A stretch of DNA of 56,393 bases from positions 1 through 56,393 of the IMG/VR virus record IMGVR_UViG_3300018476_000015; one strand, written 5' to 3'. A model generated the notes under the pieces. It saw only the letters and a program-made list of their open reading frames with translations, ran no database searches and was not told the origin of the DNA. Each line of letters begins with the position of its first letter. The stretch's first letter is position 1. This document shows, piece by piece, positions 44,901-55,500 of this stretch. Both the position numbers and the translations under genes were made by a program. This DNA is from a virus. Lineage: Duplodnaviria > Caudoviricetes.

Positions 44901-46517
44901 CCCCATCGGGACGACGGTCGATCCGGTGCCGGTCGCCCCGGCGGCGGCGTCGATCCGCGCCTGCGTCTCTTCTACCAATTTCGGATCAAGCGCGAAGGAG
45001 TATCGCTCCCGCGCCGGCGCAGCGGGCGCCGCCGAGATGTTCTGCAGCCCCTGGGTCCCATCCGTCAGCACGTTGGCCCCGGAGGTGAGCAACTCCGTCC
45101 CCGGCATGGGCCCCGGCACCGGCTCGGGGGGTGGGCCCCCAATCTCGGGCATGGGCGCCGGCGGTGGCCCCCCGGCGGGCGTGGGGCTGGGCATCGGCGC
45201 CGGCGGGACGTTGGGCACCCGGGCGGTCTTCTTCCACGCCTCGTAGGCGGCCTGCGCCGGCGTCGCGGGCGGCGGGGTTGTGGGCCTCGCCTGCTGCGTG
45301 GCCGGCGCCGGCAGGGTCTGGTCGGGCTTGGGCAGGGTGGTGGCGGTGGCCCGCCCCGCCTGGCCCGGGGGCAGGCTCTGCCCCTCGGAGCCCACCGTCA
45401 CCCGCCCGGGCGTCCACTTGCCGGCCTTGACGATGTCGGTCAGCTTGCCGTTGGCGTCCCAGAACATGGCGTCGACGTGGGCCCCGGTGGCGTTCCCCGA
45501 GTCGCCCACCGCGCCGATGAGTTGCCCGCCGACCACCCGCTGCCCGGGGCGCACCTGGATGCTCCCGGCGGCCTGGTGGGAGTAGCGGGCCTTGGTGCCG
45601 TCCGCGTAGTTGACGATGACCGAGCCGCCCCAGCCCCCGTTCTCCTTGGGGTTGCGCCCGCCCCGCCGGCTGTCCCCCTGGGCCTGGTAGACCTCGGTCA
45701 CCACCCCGTCCATCTCGGCCACGATGGTGGCGCCATACGGTGCGGTCAGGTCGGCCCCGGTGTTGGAGGACGGCAGGGCCAGGCCCTCGGCCCCGGCCGA
45801 GCGGAACTGCTGGGCGCCGAAGGGGTTGTTGACCCCGCCGGGCCGGACGCCCACGATGGGCCAGAAGCGCTCGCCCGCCTGCTGGGGCGGGCCCCCGCCC
45901 CGGATGGCGCCGGCGCTGATGGTCGGCGCTCCCCGGGCCCGGGGCCCCTTGACCACGGTCACGCCGGCCTTCCCGCCCGTCATGGGGGTGTCGCGCCCGG
46001 CCTTGACCACCACCGAGCCGGGGGGCCGGGGCAGGGGCGCCCGGCTGGGGGGCAGCCCCACCTGGCGCACGCCCGCCGCCACGACCCCGCCTGGGGGCGC
46101 CGGCGGGGGCGTCCCGCCCTTGCCCACCCCGCCGGCGGCGGCGTCCAGGGCGGACATCCCCTGCTTCATCCGGCCCAGGTTGGCGTCGATGTTGCGGGCG
46201 TACTCCCCGGCCTTGAGGGGGCGCTGGGCGTAGGCGGCGATCTGGCCCGGGGTGGCCCCGGGGTGCTTGGCCAGCATCTGCCGGAACTCGGCCGCCGCCC
46301 GCCGGGCGGCGGCCTCGACGTTCTGCCGGGCGGCGATGGGCAGGCCGTGGCCCCGCCCGGCGTCGTGCTCCTGGAAGACGCCGTGGCTCTTGCCGTTGTC
46401 CCCCACCGCGTCGGGGCGCAGCCCGCTTTCTTGGACGGCGGTGGCCACCCCCAGGTCGGGGTCGAGCCCGGCCGCCAGCCAGACCCGGCGGATGACGCTC
46501 TCGACGCTCTCGGCCAC
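41916..46517 (-). CDS. Internal virion protein with lysozyme/SLT-like and degenerate M23 domains
   Basis: ATAVQESGLRPDAVGDNGKSHGVFQ; GADL.AP.GA.I.A..DG.V…G.G..V…YSH…V..GQRV..GQLIG.VGDSGNATGAH. Confidence 0.75.
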   Translation of the reverse strand: MAESVESVIRRVWLAAGLDPDLGVATAVQESGLRPDAVGDNGKSHGVFQEHDAGRGHGLPIAARQNVEAAARRAAAEFRQMLAKHPGATPGQIAAYAQRPLKAGEYARNIDANLGRMKQGMSALDAAAGGVGKGGTPPPAPPGGVVAAGVRQVGLPPSRAPLPRPPGSVVVKAGRDTPMTGGKAGVTVVKGPRARGAPTISAGAIRGGGPPQQAGERFWPIVGVRPGGVNNPFGAQQFRSAGAEGLALPSSNTGADLTAPYGATIVAEMDGVVTEVYQAQGDSRRGGRNPKENGGWGGSVIVNYADGTKARYSHQAAGSIQVRPGQRVVGGQLIGAVGDSGNATGAHVDAMFWDANGKLTDIVKAGKWTPGRVTVGSEGQSLPPGQAGRATATTLPKPDQTLPAPATQQARPTTPPPATPAQAAYEAWKKTARVPNVPPAPMPSPTPAGGPPPAPMPEIGGPPPEPVPGPMPGTELLTSGANVLTDGTQGLQNISAAPAAPARERYSFALDPKLVEETQARIDAAAGATGTGSTVVPMGQGASTRRPAAPAAPAAPAAPEAGSTDMALTDEAQQGVALGNAVRQAGQPSGAAKPGPLQGVGDFLGKAGATIQAGIDAIRARNPGGAATTAPGTPGATAEPAPTGPPKRQRVPDAQPDPGDSPILAEAKERANVANAKLYDAAEALDNARWLLKQANNVVPPVDNDNPDTPEVAALRTAQALVAGMEKPGSPERKDYDAIVEAQAKARTDLAKAQQSNLKDVAEATGQKPPGQQGNVQTAVDQETGQTVFLDPKDGQWKPIGGPKPPTVSVHTGADGLYVTDPAGNLINQIPIPKDGNPVVLSGGDGPELLIYDPSDGSIVWQPNRSFLNTPQEVRATSKDRYIVTQDRVTGDIVATPNPGFDERLTDSVTVSSTGQAVRIDQNGKLVSMTDTLTPEERAVYDKRAKAESDQAGTKAESDAFKLAQEQKEAEEWQRIEEAINSGASPSEVRGLVMQAAKNVQDFTALQNSETQRQQQLEAGRHNLAEEGFSERTRRTAEAGEARQGVAGYQMATAPFQTAMLASLSQVTDPRKAAASMNIAPNVFEPVAANYDAQQARQAGIDKQRQGVVAQQQEPFTSPFKPKAAGASPAPAAAAPAAAPATAAPGADYNTPNTAQQPSTQPRTEVSTVDLESEGKPGYARTTYSDGTSDEWQIPLPEGGPPPDQAAPANFYTGNVVPGGSPGEAPPWSPPVPEEEEDEGGYFVGGGMDFPGYYIPKRQRQGQQGGIQSTPNIATGGGGGGGGAQGQSQSAAAKKRRRLPVQGKHIMPLDGDWFQTHYDDGAVETWHRADGSAFEGLGGGGAGYHGEDPPTMGTYGWEHGTGGGGGSIWTIPPPASVNVGYGAQMALEQPDPARDRNGGGMSGGFAGPSPATGGAGGGAYGAQQSQNGQAQAPMWDAATPAPFSTSGVSGTSGVAGQSTLYQPGASAGTGAPRFGASNVPATTGGGSRVASPTTGYYGGPAMPQAMSPLQRLLQQTGVVPTSAGRAAGSPGTV

Positions 46518-49500
46518 CTACTTCACCCCCACCAGGCGCGCCGCCGCGCTGGCCTTGCCCCGCACGGCCTGCTTGCGCTCCTTCTCCTCCTGGATGCGCT
46601 TGTTGTAGTCCTCGTTCTTCTTGTACCCGGTGTACTGGTCGGCCAGGACGCGCTCCCGGTTGGTGGGCCGGTCGCCCGGGGGCACCGCCCGGCGCTCGTC
46701 CTTGGCCTCCTGCTCGGCCTTGACCTTGCGGTAGGCCTCCGCGATGGCGGTCTCCTGCTCCCCGCTCTTCCCGCCCACGTAGCGCCGGGGCGGTTTGGTC
46801 TGGGCGCCCATGTAGCCCTCGCGCCCCAGCAGGGGGTTCCAGAAGCGCTCCTGGCCCGACCCGGTGCGCTTGATGCGGTTGCCGTAGGCGGTGCGGGCCT
46901 CGGGCACCTGGCCGGACAGACCGGGGATGCCGGCCATCATCCGCTCGATGGGGTCGCGGGGCGAGCGCTCCTGGTCGGAGGTGGCCTGCTCCAACTCGCG
47001 CCAGATGCGCCCGCCGTAGAGCCCGGAGACGGCGCTCGTGCCCTGGCGCACCAGGGCCTCGGCCACCCCGTCGTCCTCGCCGGCGCCCACCGCCTGGCGC
47101 TTCCCGCTGGAGATGATGTCGGAGACGCCCTCGAAGAAAGGCCGGTTGATCGAGTACGAGGCGTTGGTGTTGATGAAGCGGGCCACCAGGCGCTGGTACT
47201 CGGCGGCGTCCCACTTGGTCCCGGCCAGGTCGTGCCGGCGCCAGAAGTCCCCGATGGTGGCGGCCTGGGTCAGCGACGAGTTGAGCCCCGGGAACATGGT
47301 CACCGGCTGCCACCGGGAGCCCACCCGCAGGCTGAAGGGCTGCTTGCCCTCGGCCCGCCAGCGCTTCAACTCCTCGGGGTCCTCCGGCTCCGGCCCGGTG
47401 ATGTTGCCCGAGGCGTAGGCGGCGAGGATGCCCAGGGAGATGAAGCTGCCCAGCGTCCCCCGGGCGTAGCGCTCGTACAGTTCGGTGCGGTTCTGCTTCT
47501 CCAGGTCGCCCGTCTTGGCGTCCTTGCCGTGCTGCAGGGCGGTGCGCACCAGCCCCACCGGGGAGCGCTCCAGGTCGTACTTCATCCCGTTGTAGGGGAT
47601 TTCCCAGAAGGGGATGACGAGTTTGCCCCCCGGCAACTCCCGGAAGCCGTTGACCGCCTTGCCGTAGCGGTCCATCTCCTGGGTCAGGCTGCGGTAGGCC
47701 TCGGTGTTCTTGACCGCCTCCTTGATTTGCGCATCGGTCAACGTGGCCTTGCCCTGCCTGGCGCGCAGGTCGTTGCGGGCCTGGAGGGCGGCCTCCTCGG
47801 CGGCGGCGGCGGCGTACTTGGTCGCCGCGTCGAAGATGCCCAGGACGCGGAAGCCCCCGTCCACGAAGCCCTGCACCCGCTTGTGGACGGGCCCGGTGGC
47901 GGCGAGGCGCTCCGCGTCCTTGCCGGTGGCGCCCCGCTGCAGGCGGGACTGCTCGGTCTCGTGCTCGGCGGACAGGCTCTTCTTGGCCTCGGCCCAGGCG
48001 GCGCCCTTGTTGTCCCAGTAGCTGCGCAGCATGGCCAGGCTCTCGCGGGCGCTGGGCACGTCCGCCCGGAGGTCCTGCCCGGCCTTGCGCTCCCCGATGT
48101 TGGCCAGCCCGCCGGCGAGGGCCCGCTCGGCCGGCTGCCACCCGATGGTGGCCACGTTGCCCACCAACTGCCGGCCCAGGCCCTTGACGGAGAGGAGCAT
48201 CCCCAGCTTCATGCCGGAGCCGGCCGTGGTGCCCCAGGTGGTCTGGCGGGGCTTCTCTACCTTGCCGGTGGTCTCCGGCCCCGGTTCCCCTGCATCGTCG
48301 CCCGGCGTATAGCTTCCCGGGGGTTGGGGGGTCGCGGTGGGGCTTCCCCCGCCGGGGAGGGCGCTGGGCCCTCCGGTGGGAGCGCCTCGTCCGGGCTGCC
48401 CGGGGCGGACGGGCCGGCCAGGTCCTCCGGGGCCGGGGGGAGGTCCGCCTGGTCCTCCGGGCCCAGCCCCGGCGCCGATGCCAGCACTCCGCTGGAGGGC
48501 GGCGAGGTGCTCGTCGCGCCGGGCTCGGGCTCCAACCCGCTCGGCGTCGCTGTCCCGGGTGTTGCCCCGTTCGCTGAGGGCCCGGGCCCCGAGGACTCCT
48601 GATCCGGGCTGTCCGGGTCGACCTCCTCGAAGGTCGGCAGGTTCTGCCCCGGCCACGTCCGCAGGGCCGCCTCGTACTCTTGCCTCGGGTCCAGCCCCGA
48701 GTCCCGCACCATCTCCAGGCTGAACCTGATTGCGTCCGGTGACGCCTCGTCGTGCACCGCCCGGAGCAACCCCGCGACCATCAGGTCCTGGTCCAGCTTG
48801 GCGTCCGAGCCCTCCGGCCCCGGCCCCCCGCCCGGCCCCGTCCCCAACTGCTGGGGCTCCGGCACCGGCTGCTCCGACTGCACCGGCTGCTCCGGGTTGG
48901 GCGGTGCGTCCGCGGACGATTCCGGTGGCGTTGGGGTCTCGGCCGACCATGGAGTCCCAGGAGAGGACGGGGTCGCGGACGTTGGGGGCGAAGAATCCGC
49001 CGTCGTAGATGGCCCCCGCCTCGGAGGCAAGTTGGTGGAGTAACTCATAGTCGTTGGCCTCCAGCAGGGTCATGACCTGGCGCGCCACCGCCCGCTGCTC
49101 GGTGATGGTGGCGTTGATGTTCAGGCGCAGGCGCTCTTTCCACGCCGGGTCGCTGTGGTCGTTGTGCTGTATCTCGTTGTGGGTCACCTCGTGGACGATG
49201 TCCTCGGCGGCCTGCGCCGCCATCTTCTGGGCCACCGCCGCCTTCCAGGAGGCCGAGGTGTACTCGGCCAGGGGACGGGGCCGGGGGATGGCCTCCTCGA
49301 TGACCCGACCGGCGCTGTCCAGGACGGCCGGGGTGCCGTTGTTCAGGCGCCAGACGGCGTTCATGAACCACATCTGCGGGTTGGTCAGCACCTGGCCCGG
49401 CTGGCCCCGGTCGCGCCCGATGTTGGGCGGGACGTTGATGGCCAGGTGCTCGGCGTTCAGGACGAAGCCGGCCGCCACGGCCCGCTCGTACTTGCGCGCG

Positions 49501-52500
49501 TCCAGGGTGCCCTGGCGCTGGGCCGAGGCGATGAGGGCCTGCTGCAGGGTGTTGAAGCCCGCCGTCCAGCCCTCGGCCAGGTCGGTGTGGTTCAGCCGGG
49601 CGGTGGTCGTCGGCAGCCCCCCGGCCTGGCCCAGCGTGACGCGCTGCGCCGCCCCGAACTGGCGTCGCCACCGGGGGTCGCGCGCGGCGGCCGACCCGGG
49701 CTTCGGCCTGGGCACCACCCACTTCGCCCGGCTCGTCCCGATGGGGTTGGCCTGGCTCAGTTGCTGGTTGAACCACCGCGTCTCGTCGTCCGCCGCCGGC
49801 CCCCCCTCTTCCTGGGCGGCCCCGCCCCGCACCATCTCCGGGGTGATTAGCTGCGGGGTGGCTCTCCCGCCTGGCCCTCCCGGGACGGGGGAGGTGAGGA
49901 CCCCGCCGTCGAGCCCGAGGGCGGCGTCGGCTCGCCCGACCCGGCCGTCCGGGTGGGGGCCAGCGCCCGGGTGCGCACGCGCTGCCGGAGCCGGTTGCCC
50001 ACGGTCGCCAGGGGCGCCGAGCCCGCCGGGCGCTGCTGTTCCGCTTCCCGCGCCGCGAACTCCCGCACCTCGTCCTCCGTCTCCGGCCAGCCCGGCGTCC
50101 CCGGGTAGCCCATCGCCCTGGAGGTCTGGTTCAGTTGGTAGCGCCGCAGCCACCCCTCCAGGCCCTGGGGCTGCGCGAACCGGCGCTGCACCCAGGCCCG
50201 GAACTGCTCCTCGGTCTCCACCGGCTCCGGGCTCGGTTTCTGCCGATACTCGGTTGCCGGCGATCCCGGCTCCGGGCTCAGCGCCGGCGCCGGCTCCGGG
50301 CTCGGCGCCGGCGGTTGCCCCCTCGGCGCCCTCGGCGGGGTCGCGGAGGGCGGCCTCGCGGACGGCGTCGAGTTGGTCCTGGTAGGTCCAGTCCTCGGCC
50401 CCCCACCTCGTCTGGTCGACATCGGGCGCGTCCTTCGTCCGCAGGTTGAAGATCGACTGCTGGCGGAACCGTTCCGCCAGGCGCATGGCCGTCTCCCGGT
50501 CGGCCACCGGGATGGACAGGTCGAGGTTGATGGCCTTGCTGTTCGGGTCCAGCTTGCCGTCCTTGGTGCGCTGCATCCCGGCCCACGTCCCGATGGCCAG
50601 GAAGGGGAAGTTGTTGAACGGGTCGCGGCTCTCGGCGTGGAACTGGGCCAGCCGGAAGCCGGCGCCCTTGGCGTTGAACTCGTGGGTCTCGTTGATGTCC
50701 TGGCTGTAGTCGGGGAAGACGGCCACCATCCACACGTCCTCGCCCCGGGCCAGGCGGTCCTTGACCACCTGGGGCATCTTCCCCGGCCAGTAGGTGGAGC
50801 CCCGGTAGGGCAGGGGCTCCCGGTTGTGCATCTCGGCCTGCTCGCCGTAGGCCTCGGCCTTCTCCGGCCACAGGCCCTGCATGGGGTCGTCCAGGGCCTC
50901 GGCCGGCTGGAAGGGGGCGTTCGCGTTGAACTCCGCGACGCCCCGGCCCCCGGGCTCGCCCAGGTGCAGGGCCTCCCGCTGGGCCATGGTGGTGCGCACC
51001 GTGCCCTCGATCAACTCCTGGACCTTGCCGGTGTCCTTGTTGACCCGGATCAGGCCCTTGCCCACCGTGCCGACCACGTTGCCCGCCTCGTCCCGGATGT
51101 CCAGGGCGAAGCCGGCGTCCTGGTCCTTCGACCAGGGGGTGCCCGTCGTGGGGCCCTGGCCCTTGAGTTGGTCGGCCAGCTTCCAGCCCCAGCGCCGGCC
51201 GATCTGGTCCTCGGTGAAGATGCGGAAGGGCACCTGGCGCCGGCCGTACTTCTCCCGGGCGGCGCCGACCTTCTCCGGCACCTTCCAGGGGTCCAACTCC
51301 CAGGCGGCGGCGTGCTTGACCTCCAGCACCTCCTGCTTCCCGCTCGTGTAGGTGACCAGGAAGTCGGGGGCGAAGATGCCCTCCTGCCCGGCGTCGGTGA
51401 TCCCGCCCGGGCGGGTGATGGGGTGGAAGCGCCGCTCCGGCTTGATCTGGAAGCGCACCCGCCCCCGCTGGGACAGGCTCTTCGTCCAGGTCGCCACGTT
51501 GGGGTCGCTGTCCAGGCGGATGGCCAGCAGCAACTCGTACAGGCTGTCGAAGTGCTGCTTGACCCCCGTCTTCTTGGAGGTGTAGGCGATGCCCTTGAGC
51601 GGGTCGTCGGTCTCCGACTTGATGGCCCCCCGCTCCTGGCCGGAGCGCTTGAGTTGCTCGCCCCGGGGCTGGGGGCCCTCGGCCAGCACGTTGAGCGCGG
51701 CGTCGAGCACCTTCTGGGGGATGCCGGCGGCAATCGAGGCGTCCTTGGACGACTTCTGCTCCAGGTCGTAGATGCGCAGGCCCTCGATGACGGCGTCGGG
51801 GGTGGCCTCCCCGAAGTCGAAGCCCCCGGCGGCGTGGGCGTCCTGCAGGGCCCGCTTGGCCTGGGCCCGCTGCTGCCGGGTGGCCATGGCCAGGAGGCTG
51901 CCCTCGGCCTGGGCGGCGCCGCGCTTGGTCGCCGCCTCGGCCTTGCGGGCGTCGCGCTGGGCGAACTGGGCCCGCAGCTTCTCCGCGGCCGCCGGCGTCT
52001 TGGCCTTGTCGATCCGGGCCTGGTCGGCGGCGCGCTGCTTCTCCGTCCGGCCCCGCTCCCGGGCCGCCTCGCGGTCGCGCTTGACCTGCTCGCGCGCGGC
52101 CACCTCGGGGGCCCGGCGCTCGGCGCTGGCCCGGGCCTTCTCCTCCGAGGCCAGGCGCTTGGCCGCCAGGTTGGCCTGGGCCACCCCAGGCGCCGCCCGC
52201 TCCAGGCGCTCGCGGTAGGGGTAGTCCGGCAGGGGCGACACGTCCAGCCGGCCCTCCGGCTCGGGGGACGTGGAGGGCTCGCGCTCCCAGCGGTAGCGGG
52301 CGTCCCCCGGCTCGACCGGGGTGTCTGGCCCGAACAGGTCGTCCAGCCGGCCCCGGCTGGCCGCCTGCCAGTAGACGAAGTCGGTGCCGGTCAGCAGCGT
52401 CCCCGGCTCGGGGGGCAGGATGACCACCTCGTCGCCCTCGGAGACGCCCAACTCCGCGGCCATCTGGGCGTCGGCGGTCATGGTGGGCCAGCCCGCCTCG

Positions 52501-55500
52501 GGGGTGGGGAAGGCCGGAGCCCGGCCCGGCTTACCCAGCCCGGCGAAGCGCCCCACCCCGGGGATGGTGCCGTCGTCCGTCCAGTCCGGGCCCACCGGGG
52601 CGTTGCCGTACTCGCCCGGCTGGGCCTTATAGACGCCCGAGGTCTTGGGGCGCCAGCCCTCCTTGAAGGGGTAGAGCGGGGTGACCCCGTCCGCCCGGGT
52701 GGTCTTGCCCCCCTCGCCCCGCAGCTTCTGCCTGATCTGCATCCGGCCCTGGGCGTCGGGCCCCACCGCGGTGAAGCCGGCCTCGCCGGCCAGTTCGGCG
52801 TCCCGGCCCATCCCGCCGGCGACGGCCTCGTCCCCCGCGTCCTCGTCGCCGGCGTCCTCCTCGGCCTCGGGCTCGGCCTCTTCGTCTACCTCAACCTCGG
52901 CCTCGTCCTCGGTGGCGGTCTCCGGGTCCTCGTTGTCGAGGTCGTCGTCCTCCTCGTCCAGGTCCTCTTCGGTCTCGGTCTCCGGGCCCTCTTCCCCGGT
53001 CTCCGGGACCACCCGGGAGCCGGCCACCTCGGCACCGGCCGGGCCACCCACCTGGTCGGGCAGGCGCCCCTCGTCCCAGGCGTCGAGGTCGTCCGGGGCG
53101 TCCGGGGGCGCCTCCTCGCCGGCCTGCTCGTAGTCCTGGCGGGTGCGCTCCGGCTGCCCCGCCTGGGCGGTTCCGGTTTCGGGCGCCACCTTGTGGTAGA
53201 GCGCGAAGCCCTCCTGCACCCGCTTGCGCAGGGCGTCGTTGATGGGCAGCACCCACACGTCGAGGTCGGCGTCCTCGCTCGGGTCGTGGTCGTCGGGCGG
53301 GCGCAGGGTGGTGCGCTCCACCGCGACGCCGGCGGGCTTGCCCAGCTTGTTGGCGATGCCCACCATGATCTGGTCGTACTGGCGGGCCATCGTGCGGCCC
53401 TTGCTGTCCGCGACCAGGATGTCCTCGCCGTCGATCAGGGCGGTGCCGTCCGGGCCCACGTTGGCCGGGTCGGTGAGGTAGGCCGTCGCCGTATCCCCCA
53501 CGTACTGGGGCAGTTGCTCGGGCGGGACGTGGTAGGTGCGCTCGTGGTCGCCCCCGTTCTCGGCCCGGGGCACGACCCGCAGGGTCTGGGTGGCCGGCTC
53601 GTAGGCGGCGCGCTGCACGATCCGCCCCGCGCTCCAGCGCCGGGCGATGACCTGCCCCGTCGACCAGGAGATGGCCTCGGCGCCCCGGTCGACCGCGTCG
53701 CGTAGCTGGCGCTCCAGCAGCTTCTCGGTGATGGTGTTGTCCGGGAAGGGGGCCCGGGGGTAGCCCTCCGGGCTGACCGTGGCCGCGTCGTCCAGGTGGC
53801 GCTGGGCGCCCTCGACCCCGTCGCGCATCTCGTAGGCGGCCTCGTGGGCGTCCTGGAAGGCGCGGTCGCTGTCCGGGGTGTCCTCGTCGTGGCTGGCCGC
53901 CTCGGCCTCCTGCTCGAAGGCGTGCTGGCGCTGCTCGAAGGCGTCGCGCAGGACCCGGTTGTAGGCGATCCAGGCGCCCTGGTCGCCCCCGCCGGCGTAG
54001 CGCTCGTAGAGGTCGGAGGTCAGCAGGTTCCGGTCGCGCACGGCCTCGCCGTAGGCCCGCGCCTCGGGGGGCAGGCCCTCGGGGAAGGGCGCGTCCCGGC
54101 GGGCCAGGGCGCTCTGGTAGGCCCCGTTCTCGGCCCGCTCCTGGTCGATGTTCTGGCCGTTCTCCCGGATGCGCTTCTCGATGCGGCGCACGCTGTCGGC
54201 GCCGTGGATGGTGCCGTAGGCCCACTCCTCGGCGGTGGCCTTGCTCCGGCGCAGGGTGGTGCGCTGCAGCCCGGTGTCGGGGGCGGCGGCCATGGTGCGC
54301 ATGGCGTTCTGCATCGCCGCCCGGGCGCGCAGTTCGGTCTCCACCGCCTGCACCAGGTACTCGGCGTCGGCCCGGGTGGCGGCCGGGATGGGCTGGTCCC
54401 AGGCCCGCTCCATGGCCACCCGGTCCCAGGTGCCCTGCTTGCGCCCGCGCTGGTGGATGTCGGTCTGGGACTCGTTGTTCTGGACGGTGGTGCGCCCGTC
54501 CGCCAGCACGTCGTCGTGGGTGCGGTTGGCGCCCACGATGCCGGGCCGGCCCCCGTAGTGGGAGCCCACGCTGAACTCGCCCACGTCCAGCTTCTGCTCG
54601 TCCAGGGCGGTGCGGTCGTAGGCCGGGGTGGTGCCCCGGTCGGCGCCCACCCGCAGCAGGGTCTCGCGGGGATTGGCCTCCTGCTCGGCCCCCCGGCGCA
54701 GGGTGTAGTTGTACTCGCCCGGGCGGCTGTACTGGGCGTGCTCCGGCTTGCCGGCCGGCTTGGGGGTGAAGGGGTTGACCTCGCCCCCGGCCAACTCGGC
54801 CGCCGCGTAGACCCGCCTTCGGATGGGACGCACCGCCTCGGACAGTTGCCGGCGGGCCTCGTTCATGGCCTCGGGCCCGGCGCCCCGCCCGCCCACCAGC
54901 ATCGAGGTGTTGACCACGTAGTCGTCCAACTCGCGCAACCAGGCGGCGGCCATCCGGCCCGGCTCGCTCTCCAGCAGGGCGTCGGGCAGGTCCTCGCCGG
55001 TCAGCGGGTCGGTCGGCGGGGGCGCGGAGAGGCGCTTGTAGATGCCCTCGCGGAAGGCCTGGTCCTCCGCGGTGCGGGGCGCGCCCACCAGGCGGTTCAG
55101 CACCGCCTCGCTGTTGGCCCGCAGGTTGGACTGCACCTCGGCCTTGGCCGCCTCCTGCTGGGCCCGGAAGAGCAGGTCGGCCACCGCCCGCTTCCGCTGG
55201 GCCTCGGCCTCGGGGCCCGTCTCGGCCCCGGTGCGGTCGTAGCCCAGCACGCTCTCCACCAGGGGCAGGCGGTTCTGCTGGACGTGCTGCAGCAGTTGCT
55301 GGCGGTCGACCGGGGTGCCCGCCTGCTCGGCCCGGTCGAGCAGGGCGTCCGTCCCCGTCCAGTAGAGTTCCTCCTTCTTGACCCCGTTGCCCAGCAGCAA
55401 CTGGCGTAGCTGGGCGGCGGGCATCCGGCCCTGGCGGAACTTGGCCTCGATGACCCGCTCTAGCTGGGAGTACCAGACCCCGGCGCGCTCGCCGGCGGGG

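Noticed and set aside
44986-48141. Long same-strand alternative-frame ORFs such as 44986..48141, 30448..33039 and 52891..54225
   Set aside because: R/G/P-rich shadows. Unlike the two nested genes, codon bias stays in the main frame and no convincing SD/ATG is present.
49847-49850. Rare CTA codon as evidence of selection for the nested-gene B stop
   Set aside because: CAG CTA also occurs elsewhere as part of SAGCTS avoidance, so it is not independent evidence.
51201-51590. Tn7-like transposon
   Set aside because: Only an in-frame TnsA-like domain; no TnsB/C/D or terminal repeats.
29853-53705. Very long plus-strand ORFs (29853..34046, 38897..42388, 45477..48602, 50373..53705)
   Set aside because: Antisense shadows of GC3-rich minus-strand genes; G/V/L/R-biased with no motifs.
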